A DNA stretch of 64,000 nt, taken from assembly GCA_964016885.1 (NCBI GenBank), contig OZ024741.1, forward strand, positions 130,696,001 to 130,760,000, read 5' to 3'. How positions within the stretch are numbered: position 1 is the stretch's first letter; every line of letters begins with the position of its first letter. A program made the position numbers and the translations under genes. This document shows, in pieces, positions 51,600 through 63,500 of this stretch. A model generated the notes under the pieces. That model made no database searches, was not told the DNA's origin, and worked only from the letters and a program-made list of their open reading frames with translations. Source of the DNA: Eledone cirrhosa. Its lineage: Eukaryota.

Positions 51600-54500
51600 T
51601 TGCCGTTGTTGTCGTTGTCATTATTGTTGTTGTTGTTGCTGTCGTCATTATTATTATTGTTATTCCCGTTGTTGTCGATGTCATTATTGTTGTTGTTGCT
51701 GTCGTCGTTGTTATTGTTGTTATTGCCGTTGTTGTCGTTGTCATTATTGTTGTTGTTGCTGTCGTCATTGTTATTGTTGTTATCGCCGTTGTTGTCGTTG
51801 TCATTATTGTTGTTGTTGCTGTCGTCGTTGTTATTGTTGTTATTGCCGTTGTTGTTGCTGTCGTCGTTGTTATTGTTGTTATTGCCGTTGTTGTCGTTGT
51901 CATTATTGTTGTTGTTGTTGCTGTCGTCGTTGTTATTGTTGTTATTGCCGTTGTTGTCGTTGTCATTATTGTTGTTGTTGTTGCTGTCGCCGTTGTTATT
52001 GTTGTTATTGCCGTTGTTATCGTTGTCATTATTGTTGTTGTTGCTGTCATCGTTGTTATTGTTGTTATTGCCGTTGTTGTCGTTGTCATTATTGTTGTTT
52101 TTGCTGTCATCGTTGTTATCGTTGTTATTGCCGTTGTTGTCGTTGTCATTATTGTTGTTGTTGCTGTCGTCGTTGTTATTGTTGTTATTGCCGTTGTTGC
52201 CTTGTCATTATTGTTGTTGTTGCTGTCGTCATTGTTATTGTTGTTATTGCCGTTGTTGTCGTTGACATCATTTTTGTTGTTGCTGTCGTCATTGTTATTG
52301 TTGTTATTGCCGTTGTTGTCGTTGTCATTATTGTTGTTGTTGTCGTCGTTGTTATTGTAGTTATTGCCGTTGTTGTCGTTGTCATTATTGTTGTTGTTGC
52401 TGTCGTCGTTATTATTGATGTTATTGCCGTTGTTGTCGTTGTCATTATTGTTGTTGTTGTTGCTATCGTCATTGTTATTGTTGTTATTGCCGTTGTTTTC
52501 GTTGTCATTATTGTTGTTGTTGCTGTCGTCGTTGTTATTGTTGTTATTGCCGGTGTTGTCGTTGTCATTATTGTTGTTGTTGCTGTCATCGTTGTTATTA
52601 TTGTTATTGCCGTTGTTGTCGTTGTCATTATTGTTGTTGTTGTTGTCGTAATTGTTGTTGTTGTTGCTCTCGTCATTGTTATTGTTGTTATTGCCGTTGT
52701 TGTCGTTGTCATTATTGTTGTTGTTGCTGTCGTCGTTGTTATTGTTGTTATTGCCGGTGTTGTCGTTGTCATTATTGTTGTTGTTGCTGTCATCGTTGTT
52801 ATTATTGTTATTGCCGTTGTTGTCGTTGTCATTATTGTTGTTGTTGTTGTCGTAATTGTTGTTGTTGTTGCTCTCGTCATTGTTATTGTTGTTATTGCCG
52901 TTGTTGTCGTTGTCATTATTGTTGTTGTTGCTGTCGTCGTTGTTATTGTTATTGCCGTTGTTGTCGTTGTTATTGTTGTTGTTGTATCTGTCGTCGTTGT
53001 TATTGTTGTTATTGCCGTTGTTGTCGTTGTCATTGTAGTTGTTGTTGCTGTCGCCATTGTTATTGTTGTTATTGCCGTTGTTGTCGTTGTCATTATTGTT
53101 GTTGTTGCTGTCGTCGTTGTTATTGTTATTGCCGTTGTTGTCGTTGTTATTGTTGTTGTTGTATTTGTCGTCGTTGTTATTGTTGTTATTGCCGTTGTTG
53201 TCGTTGTCATTGTAGTCGTTGTTGCTGTCGCCATTGTTATTGTTGTTATTGCCGTTGTTGTCGTTGTCATTATTGTTGTTGTTGTTGTCGTCATTGTTAT
53301 TGTAGTTATTGCCTTTGTTGTCGTTGTCATTATTGTTGTTGTTGTTGCTGTCGTCATTGTTATTGTTGTTATTGCCGTTGTTGTCGTTGTCATTATTGTT
53401 GTTGTTGCTGTCGTTGTTGTTATTGTTGTTATTGCCGTTGTTGTCGTTGTCATTATTGTTGTTGTTGCTGTCGTCGTTGTTATTGTTGTTATTGCCGTTG
53501 TTGTCGTTGTCATTATTGTTGTTGTTGCTGTCATCGTTGTTATTGTTGTTATTGCCGTTGGTGTCGTTGTCATTATTGTTGTTGTTGTTGTCGATATTGT
53601 TGTTGCTGTCGTCATTGTTATTGTTGTTATTGCCGTTGTTGTCGTTGTCATTATTGTTGTTGTTGCTGTCGTCGTTGTTATTGTTATTGCCGTTGTTGTC
53701 GTTGTTATTGTTGTTGTTGTTGCTGCCGTCGTTGTTATTGTTGTTATTGCCGTTGTTGTCGTTGTCATTGTAGTTGTTGTTGCTGTCGTCATTGTTATTG
53801 TTGTTATTGCCGTTGTTGTCGTTGTCATTATTGTTGTTGTTGCTGTCGTCATTGTTATTGTTGTTATTGCCGTTGTTGTCGTTGTTATTGTTGTTATTGT
53901 CGTTGTTGTCGTTGTCATTATTGTTGTTGTTGTTGCTGTCGTCATTGGTATTGTTGCTATTGCCGTTGTTGTCGTTGTTATTATTGTTGTTGTTGCTGTC
54001 GTCATTGTTATTGTTGTTATTGCCGTTGTTGTCGTTGTCATTATTGTTGTTGTTGCTGTCATCGTTGTTATTGTTGTTATTGCCGTTGGTGTCGTTGTCA
54101 TTATTCTTGTTGTTGTTGCTGTCGTCATTGTTATTGTTGTTATTGCCGTTGTTGTCGTTGTCATTATTGTTGTTGTTGCTGTCGTCGTTGTTATTGTTGT
54201 TATTGCCGTTGTTGTCGTTGTCATTATTGTTGTTGTTGCTTTCGTCATTGTTATTGTTGTTATTGCCGTTGTTGTCGTTGTCATTATTGTTGTTGTTGTT
54301 GTTGTCGTCATTGTTATTGTTGTTATTGCCATTGTTGTCGTTGTCATTATTGTTGTTGTTGCTGTCGTCGTTGTTATTGTTGTTATTGCCGTTGTTGTCG
54401 TTGTCATTATTGTTGTTGTTGCTCTCGTCATTGTTATTGTTGTTATTGCCGTTGTTGTCGTTGTCATTATTGTTGTTGTTGCTCTCGTCATTGTTATTGT

Positions 54501-57500
54501 TGTTATTGCCGTTGTTGTCGTTGTTATTATTGTTGTTGTTGCTGTCGTCATTGTTATTGTTGTTATTGACGTTGTCGTCGTTGTTATTGTTGTTATTGCC
54601 GTTGTTGTCGTTGTCATTATTGTTGTTGTTGCTGTCGTCGTTGTTATTGTTGTTATTGCCGTTGTTGTCGTTGTCATTATTGTTGTTGTTGCTGTCGTCG
54701 TTGTTATTGTTGTTATTGCCGTTGTTGTCGTTGTCATTATTGTTGTTGTTGCTGTCGTCGTTGTTATTGTTGTTATTGCCGTTGTTGTCGTTGTTATTGT
54801 TGTTGTTGATGCTGTCGTCATTGTTATTGTTGTTATTGCACTTGTTGTCGTTGTCATTATTGGTGTTGTTGCTGTCGTCGTTGTTATTGTTGTTATTGCC
54901 GTTGTTGTCGTTGTCATTATTGTTGTTGTTGCTGTCGTCGTTGTTATTGTTGTTATTGCCGTTGTTGTCGTTGTCATTATTGTTGTTGTTTTTGTCGTCG
55001 TTGTTATTGTTGTTATTGCCGTTGTTGTCGTTGTCATTATTGTCGTTGTTGCTGTCATCGTTGTTATTGTTGTTATTGCCGTTGTTTGTCGTTGTCATTA
55101 TTGTTGTTGTTTTTGTCGTCGTTGTTATTGTTGTTATTGCCGTTGTTGTCGTTGTCATTATTGTTGTTGTTGTTGCTGTCGTCATTATTATTATTGTTAT
55201 TCCCGTTGTTGTCGATGTCATTATTGTTGTTGTTGCTGTCGTCGTTGTTATTGTTGTTATTGCCGTTGTTGTCGTTGTCATTATTGTTGTTGTTGCTGTC
55301 GTCATTGTTATTGTTGTTATCGCCGTTGTTGTCGTTGTCATTATTGTTGTTGTTGCTGTCGTCGTTGTTATTGTTGTTATTGCCGTTGTTGTCGTTGTCA
55401 TTATTGTTGTTTTTGCTGTCGTCGTTGTTATCGTTGTTATTGCCGTTGTTATCGTTGTCATTATTGTTGTTGTTGCTGTCGTCGTTGTTATTGTTGTTAT
55501 TGCCGTTGTTGTCGTTGTCATTATTGTTGTTGTTTCTGTCGTCATTGTTATTGTTGTTATTGCCGTTGTTGTTGCTGTCGTCGTTGTTATTGTTGTTATT
55601 GCCGTTGTTATTGTTGTCATTATTGTTGTTGTTGTTGCTGTAGTCGTTGTTATTGTTGTTATTGCCGTTGTTGTCGTTGTCATTATTGTTGTTGTTGTTG
55701 CTGTCGCCGTTGTTATTGTTGTTATTGCCGTTGTTATCGTTGTCATTATTGTTGTTGTTGCTGTCATCGTTGTTATTGCCGTTGTTGTCGTTGTCATTAT
55801 TGTTGTTTTTGCTGTCATCGTTGTTATCGTTGTTATTGCCGTTGTTGTCGTTGTCATTATTGTTGTTGTTGTTGTCGATATTGTTGTTGCTGTCGTCATT
55901 GTTATTGTTGTTATTGCCGTTGTTGTCGTTGTCATTATTGTTGTTGTTGCTGTCGTCGTTGTTATTGTTGTTATTGCCGTTGTTGTCGTTGACATCATTT
56001 TTGTTGTTGCTGTCGTCATTGTTATTGTTGTTATTGCCGTTGTTGTCGTTGTCATTATTGTTGTTGTTGTCGTCGTTGTTATTGTAGTTATTGCCGTTGT
56101 TGTCGTTGTCATTATTGTTGTTGTTGTTGTCGTTATTGTTGTTGTTGTTGCTCTCGTCATTGTTATTGTTGTTATTGCCGTTGTTGTCGTTGTCATTATT
56201 GTTGTTGTTGCTGTCGTCGTTGTTATTGTTATTGCCGTTGTTGTCGTTGTTATTGTTGTTGTTGTATCTGTCGTCGTTGTTATTGTTGTTATTGCCGTTG
56301 TTGTCGTTGTCATTGTAGTTGTTGTTGCTGTCGCCATTGTTATTGTTGTTATTGCTGTTGTTGTCGTTGTCATTATTGTTGTTGTTGCTGTCGTCGTTGT
56401 TATTGTTATTGGCGTTGTTGTCGTTTAATTGTTGTTGTTGTATTTGTCGTCGTTGTTATTGTTGTTATTGCCGTTGTTGTCGTTGTCATTGTAGTTGTTG
56501 TTGCTGTCGTCATTGTTATTGTAGTTATTGCCTTTGTTGTCGTTGTCATTATTGTTGTTGTTGCTGTCGTCATTGTTATTGTTGTTATTGCCGTTGTTGT
56601 CGATGTCATTATTGTTGTTGTTGCTGTCGTCGTTGTTATTGTTGTTATTGCCGTTGTTGTCGATGTCATTATTGTTGTTGTTGCTGTCGTCGTTGTTATT
56701 GTTGTTATTGCCGTTGTTGTCGTTGTCATTATTGTTGTTGTTGTTGCTGTCGTCATTGTTATTATTGTTATTGCCGTTGTTGTCGATGTCATTATTGTTG
56801 TTGTTGCTGTCGTCGTTGTTATTGTTGTTATTGCCGTTGTTGTCGTTGTCATTATTGTTGTTGTTGCTGTCGTCATTGTTATTGTTGTTATTACCGTTGG
56901 TGTCGTTGTCATTATTGTTGTTGTTGCTGTCGTCGTTGTTATTTTTGTTATTGCCGTTGTTGTCGTTGTCATTATTGTTGTTGTTGTTGTTGCTGTCTTC
57001 GTTGTTATTGTTGTTATTGCCGTTGTTGTCGTTGTCAATATTGTTGTTGTTGTTGCTGTCGTCATTGTTTTTATTGTTATTCCCGTTGTTGTCGATGTCA
57101 TTATTGTTGTTGTTGCTGTCGTCGTTGTTTTTGTTGTTATTGCCGTTGTTGTCGTTGTCATTATTGTTGTTGTTGCTGTCGTTGTTGTTATTGTTGTTAT
57201 TGCCGTTGTTGTCGTTGTCATTATTGTTGTTTTTGCTGTCGTCGTTGTTATCGTTGTTATTGCCGTTGTTGTCGTTGTCATTATTGTTGTTGTTGTTGTC
57301 GTCGTTGTTATTGTTGTTATTGCCGTTGTTGTCGTTGTCATTATTGTTGTTGTTGCTGTCGTCGTTGTTATTGTTGTTATTGCCGTTGTTGCCGTTGTCA
57401 TTATTGTTGTTGTTGCTGTCGTCGTTGTTATTGTTGTTATTGCCGTTGTTGTGGTTGTCATTATTGTTGTTGTTGCTGTCGTCATTGTTATTGCTGTTAT

Positions 57501-60500
57501 TGCCGTTGTTGTCGTTGTCATTATTGTTGTTGTTGCTGTCATCATTGTTATTATTGTTATTCCCGTTGTTGTCGATGTCATTATTGTTGTTTTTGCTGTC
57601 GTCATTGTTATCGTTGTTATTGCCGTTGTTGTCGTTGTCATTATTGTTGTTGTTGTTGTTGTCGTTGTTATTGTTGTTATTGCCGTTGTTGTCGTTGTCA
57701 TTATTATTGTTGTTGCTGTCGTCGTTGTTATTGTTGTTATTGCCGTTGTTGTCGTTGTCATTATTGTTGTTGTTGCTGTCGTCATTGTTATTGTTGTTAT
57801 TGCCGTTGTTGTCGTTGACATTATTTTTGTTGTTGCTGTCGTCATTGTTATTGTTGTTATTACCGTTGTTGTCGTTGTCATTATTGTTGTTGTTGCTGTC
57901 GTCGTTGTTATTGTTGTTATTGCCGTTGTTGTCGTTGTCATTATTGTTGTTGTTGTTGTCGTTATTGTTGTTGTTGTTGCTGTCGTCATTGTTATTGTTG
58001 TTATTGCCGTTGTTGTCGTTGTCATTATTGTTGTTGTTGCTGTCGTCGTTGTTATTGTTGTTATTGCCGTTGTTGTCGTTGTTATTATTGTTGTTGTTGC
58101 TGTCATCGTTGTTATTGTTGTTATTGCCGTTGTTGTCGTTGTCATTATTGTTGTTGTTGTTGTCGTTATTGTTGTTGTTGTTGCTGTCGTCATTGTTATT
58201 GTTGTTATTGCCGTTGTTGTCGTTGTCATTATTGTTGTTGTTGCTGTCGTCGTTGTTATTGTTGTTATTGCCGTTGTTGTCGTTGTCATTATTGTTGTTG
58301 TTGCTGTCATCGTTGTTATTGTTGTTATTGCCGTTGTTGTCGTTGTCATTATTGTTGTTGTTGTTGTCGATATTGTTGTTGCTGTCGTCATTGTTATTGT
58401 TGTTATTGCCGTTGTTGTCGTTGTCATTATTGTTGTTGTTGCTGTCGTCGTTGTTATTGTTATTGCCGTTGTTGTCGTTGTTATTGTTGTTGTTGTTGCT
58501 GCCGTCGTTGTTATTGTTGTTATTGCCGTTGTTGTCGTTGTCATTGTAGTTGTTGTTGCTGTCGTCATTGTTATTGTTGATATTGCCGTTGTTGTCGTTG
58601 TCATTATTGTTGTTGTTGCTGTCGTCATTGTTATTGTTGTTATTGCCGTTGTTGTCGTTGTTATTGTTGTTATTGTCCTTGTTGTCGTTGTCATTATTGT
58701 TGTTGTTGTTGCTGTCGTCATTGGTATTGTTGTTATTGCCGTTGTTGTCGTTGTTATTATTGTTGTTGTTGCTGTCGTCATTGTTATTGTTGTTATTGCC
58801 GTTGTTGTCGTTGTCATTATTGTTGTTGTTGCTGTCATCGTTGTTATTGTTGTTATTGCCGTTGGTGTCGTTGTCATTATTCTTGTTGTTGTTGCTGTCG
58901 TCATTGTTATTGTTGTTATTGCCGTTGTTGTCGTTGTCATTATTGTTGTTGTTGCTGTCGTCGTTGTTATTGTTGTTATTGCCGTTGTTGTCGTTGTCAT
59001 TATTGTTGTTGTTGCTTTCGTCATTGTTATTGTTGTTATTGCCGTTGTTGTCGTTGTCATTATTGTTGTTGTTGTTGCTGTCGTCATTGTTATTGTTGTT
59101 ATTGCCATTGTTGTCGTTGTCATTATTGTTGTTGTTGCTGTCGTCGTTGTTATTGTTGTTATTGCCGTTGTTGTCGTTGTCATTATTGTTGTTGTTGCTC
59201 TCGTCATTGTTATTGTTGTTATTGCCGTTGTTGTCGTTGTCATTATTGTTGTTGTTGCTCTCGTCATTGTTATTGTTGTTATTGCCGTTGTTGTCGTTGT
59301 TATTATTGTTGTTGTTGCTGTCGTCATTGTTATTGTTGTTATTGACGTTGTCGTCGTTGTTATTGTTGTTGTTGATGCTGTCGTCATTGTTATTGTTGTT
59401 ATTGCAGTTGTTGTCGTTGTCATTATTGGTGTTGTTGCTGTCGTCGTTGTTATTGTTGTTATTGCCGTTGTTGTCGTTGTCATTATTGTCGTTGTTGCTG
59501 TCATCGTTGTTATTGTTGTTATTGCCGTTGTTTGTCGTTGTCATTATTGTTGTTGTTGCTGTCGTCGTTGTTATTGTTGTTATTGCCGTTGTTGTCGTTG
59601 TCAATATTGTTGTTGTTGCTGTCGTCGTTGTTATTGTTGTTATTGCCGTTGTTGTCATTATTGTTGTTGTTGCTGTCGTCGTTGTTATTGTTGTTATTGC
59701 CGTTGTTGTCGTTGTCATTATTGTCGTTGTTGCTGTCGTCGTTGTTATTGTTGTTATTGCCGTTGTTGTCGTTGTCATTATTGTTGTTGTTGCTGTCGTC
59801 GTTGTTATTGTTGTTATTGCCGTTGTTGTCGTTGTCATTATTGTTGTTGTTGCTGTCGTCGTTGTTATTGTTGTTATTGCCGTTGTTGTCGTTGTCATTA
59901 TTGTTGTTGTTGCTGCCGTCGTTGTTATTGTTGTTGTTGCCGTTGTTGTCGTTGTCATTATTGTTGTTGTTGCTGTCGTCGTTGTTATTGTTGTTATTGC
60001 CGTTGTTGTCGTTGTCATTATTGTTGTTGTTGCTGTCGTCGTTGTTATTGTTATTGCCGTTGTTGTCGTTGTTATTGTTGTTGTTGTATCTGTCGTCGTT
60101 GTTATTGTTGTTATTGCCGTTGTTGTCGTTGTCATTGTAGTTGTTGTTGCTGTCGCCATTGTTATTGTTGTTATTGCCGTTGTTGTCGTTGTCATTATTG
60201 TTGTTGTTGCTGTCGTCATTGTTATTGTTGTTATTGCCGTTGTTGTCGTTGTCATTATTGTTGTTGTTGGTGTCATCATTGTTATTGTTGTTATTGCCGT
60301 TTTTGTCGTTGTCATTATTGTTGTTGTTGCTGTCATCATTGTTATTGTTGTTATTGTCGTTGTCATTATTGTTGTTGTTGCTGTCGTCATTGTTATTGTT
60401 GTTATTGCCGTTGTCATTATTGTTGTTGTTGTTGCTGTCGTCATTGTTATTATTGTTATTGCCGTTGTTGTCGATGTCATTATTGTTGTTGTTGCTGTCG

Positions 60501-63500
60501 TCGTTGTTCTTGTTGTTATTGCCGTTGTTGTCGTTGTCATTATTGTTGTTGTTGCTGTCGTCATTGTTATTGTTGTTATAGCCGTTGTTGTCGTTGTCAT
60601 TATTGTTGTTGTTGCTGTCGTCGTTGTTATTTTTGTTATTGCCTTTGTTGTCGTTGTCATTATTGTTGTTGTTGTTGTTGCTGTCGTCGTTGTTATTGTT
60701 GTTATTGCCGTTGTTGTCGTTGTCACTATTGTTGTTGTTGCTGTCGTTATTGTTATTGTTGTTATTGCCGTTGTTGTCGTTGTCAATATTGTTCTTGTTG
60801 TTGCTGTCGTCATTGTTATTATTGTTATTGCTGTTGTTGTCGATGTCATTATTGTTGTTGTTGCTGTCGTCGTTGTTTTTGTTGTTATTGCCGTTGTTGT
60901 CGTTGACATTATTTTTGTTGTTGCTGTCGTCATTGTTATTGTTGTTATTGCCGTTGTTGTCGTTGTCATTATTGTTGTTGTTGCTGTTGTCGTTGTTATT
61001 GTTGTTATTGACGTTGTTGTCGTTGTCATTATTGTTGTTGTTGTTGCTGTCGTCGTTGTTAATGTTGTTATTGCCGTTGTTGTCGTTGTCACTATTGTTG
61101 TTGTTGCTGTCGTCATTGTTATTGTTGTTATTGCCGTTGTTGTCGTTGTCATTATTGTTGTTTTTGTTGCTGTCGTCATTGTTATTATTATTATTCCCGT
61201 TGTTGTCGTTGTCATTATAGTTGTTGCTGCTGTCGTCGTTGTTTTTGTCGTTATTGCCGTTGTTGTCGTTGTCATTATTGTTGTTTTTGCTGTCCTCGTT
61301 GTTATCGTTGTTATTGCCGTTGTTGTCGTTGTCATCATTGTTGTTGTTGCTGTAGTCGTTGTTATTGTTGTTATTGCCGTTGTTGTCGTTGTCATTATTG
61401 TTGTTGTTGCTCTCGTCATTGTTATTGTTGTTATTGCCGTTGTTGTCGTTGTCATTATTGTTGTTGTTGCTCTCGTCATTGTTATTGTTGTTATTGCCGT
61501 TGTTGTCGTTGTTATTATTGTTGTTGTTGCTGTCCTCATTGTTATTGTTGTTATTGACGTTGTCGTCGTTGTTATTGTTGTTATTGCCGTTGTTGTCGTT
61601 GTCATTATTGTTGTTGTTGCTGTCGTCGTTGTTATTGTTGTTATTGCCGTTGTTGTCGTTGTCATTATTGTTGTTGTTGCTGTCGTCGTTGTTATTGTTG
61701 TTATTGCCGTTGTTGTCGTTGTCATTATTGTTGTTGTTGCTGTCGTCGTTGTTATTGTTGTTATTGCCGTTGTTGTCGTTGTTATTGTTGTTGTTGATGC
61801 TGTCGTCATTGTTATTGTTGTTATTGCAGTTGTTGTCGTTGTCATTATTGGTGTTGTTGCTGTCGTCGTTGTTATTGTTGTTATTGCCGTTGTTGTCGTT
61901 GTCATTATTGTTGTTGTTGCTGTCGTCGTTGTTATTGTTGTTATTGCCGTTGTTGTCGTTGTCATTATTGTTGATGTTGCTGTCGTCGTTGTTATTGTTG
62001 TTATTGCCGTTGTTGTCGTTGTCATTATTGTTGTTGTTGCTGTCGTCGTTGTTATTGTTGTTATTGCCGTTGTTGTCGTTGTCATTATTGTCGTTGTTGC
62101 TGTCGTCGTTGTTATTGTTGTTATTGCCGTTGTTTGTCGTTGTCATTATTGTTGTTGTTGCTGTCGTCGTTGTTATTGTTGTTATTGCCGTTGTTGTCGT
62201 TGTCATTATTGTTGTTGTTGCTGTCGTCGTTGTTATTGTTTTTATTGCCGTTGTTGTCGTTGTCATTATTGTTGTTGTTGCTGTCGTCGTTGTTATTGTT
62301 GTTATTGCCGTTGTTGTCGTTGTCATTATTGTCGTTGTTGCTGTCGTCGTTGTTATTGTTGTTATTGCCGTTGTTGTCGTTGTCATTATTGTTGTTGTTG
62401 CTGTCGTCGTTGTTATTGTTGTTATTGCCGTTGTTGTCGTTGTCATTATTGTTGTTGTTGCTGTCGTCGTTGTTATTGTTGTTATTGCCGTTGTTGTCGT
62501 TGTCATTATTGTTGTTGTTGCTGCCGTCGTTGTTATTGTTGTTGTTGCCGTTGTTCTCGTTGTCATTATTGTTGTTGTTGCTGTCGTCGTTGTTATTGTT
62601 GTTATTGCCGTTGTTGTCGTTGTCATTATTCTTGTTGTTGCTGTCGTCGTTGTTATTGTTGTTATTGCCGTTGTTGTCGTTGTCATTATTGTTGTTGTTG
62701 CTGTCGTCGTTGTTATTGTTGTTATTGCCGTTGTTGTCGTTGTCATTATTGTTGTTTTTGCTGTCGTCGTTGTTATCGTTGTTATTGCCGTTGTTGTCGT
62801 TGTTATTGTTGTTGTTGTATCTGTCGTCGTTGTTATTGTTGTTATTGCCGTTGTTGTCGTTGTCATTGTAGTTGTTGTTGCTGTCGCCATTGTTATTGTT
62901 GTTATTGCCGTTTTTGTCGTTGTCATTATTGTTGTTGTTGCTGTCATCATTGTTATTGTTGTTATTGTCGTTGTCATTATTGTTGTTGTTGCTGTCGTCA
63001 TTGTTATTATTGTTATTGCCGTTGTTGTCGATGTCATTATTGTTGTTGTTGCTGTCGTCGTTGTTATTGTTGTTATTGCCGTTGTTGTCGTTGTCATTAT
63101 TGTTGTTGTTGCTGTCGTCATTGTTATTGTTGTTATTGCCGTTGTTGTCGTTGTCATTATTGTTGTTGTTGCTGTCGTCGTTGTTATTTTTGTTATTGCC
63201 TTTGTTGTCGTTGTCATTATTGTTGTTGTTGTTGTTGCTGTCGTCGTTGTTATTGTTGTTATTGCCGTTGTTGTCGTTGTCACTATTGTTGTTGTTGCTG
63301 TCGTCATTGTTATTGTTGTTATTGCCGTTGTTGTCGTTGTCAATATTGTTGTTGTTGTTGCTGTCGTCATTGGTATTATTGTTATTCCCGTTGTTGTCGA
63401 TGTCATTATTGTTGTTGTTGCTGTCGTCGTTGTTTTTGTTGTTATTGCCGTTGTTGTCGTTGACATTATTTTTGTTGTTGCTCTCGTCATTGTTATTGTT

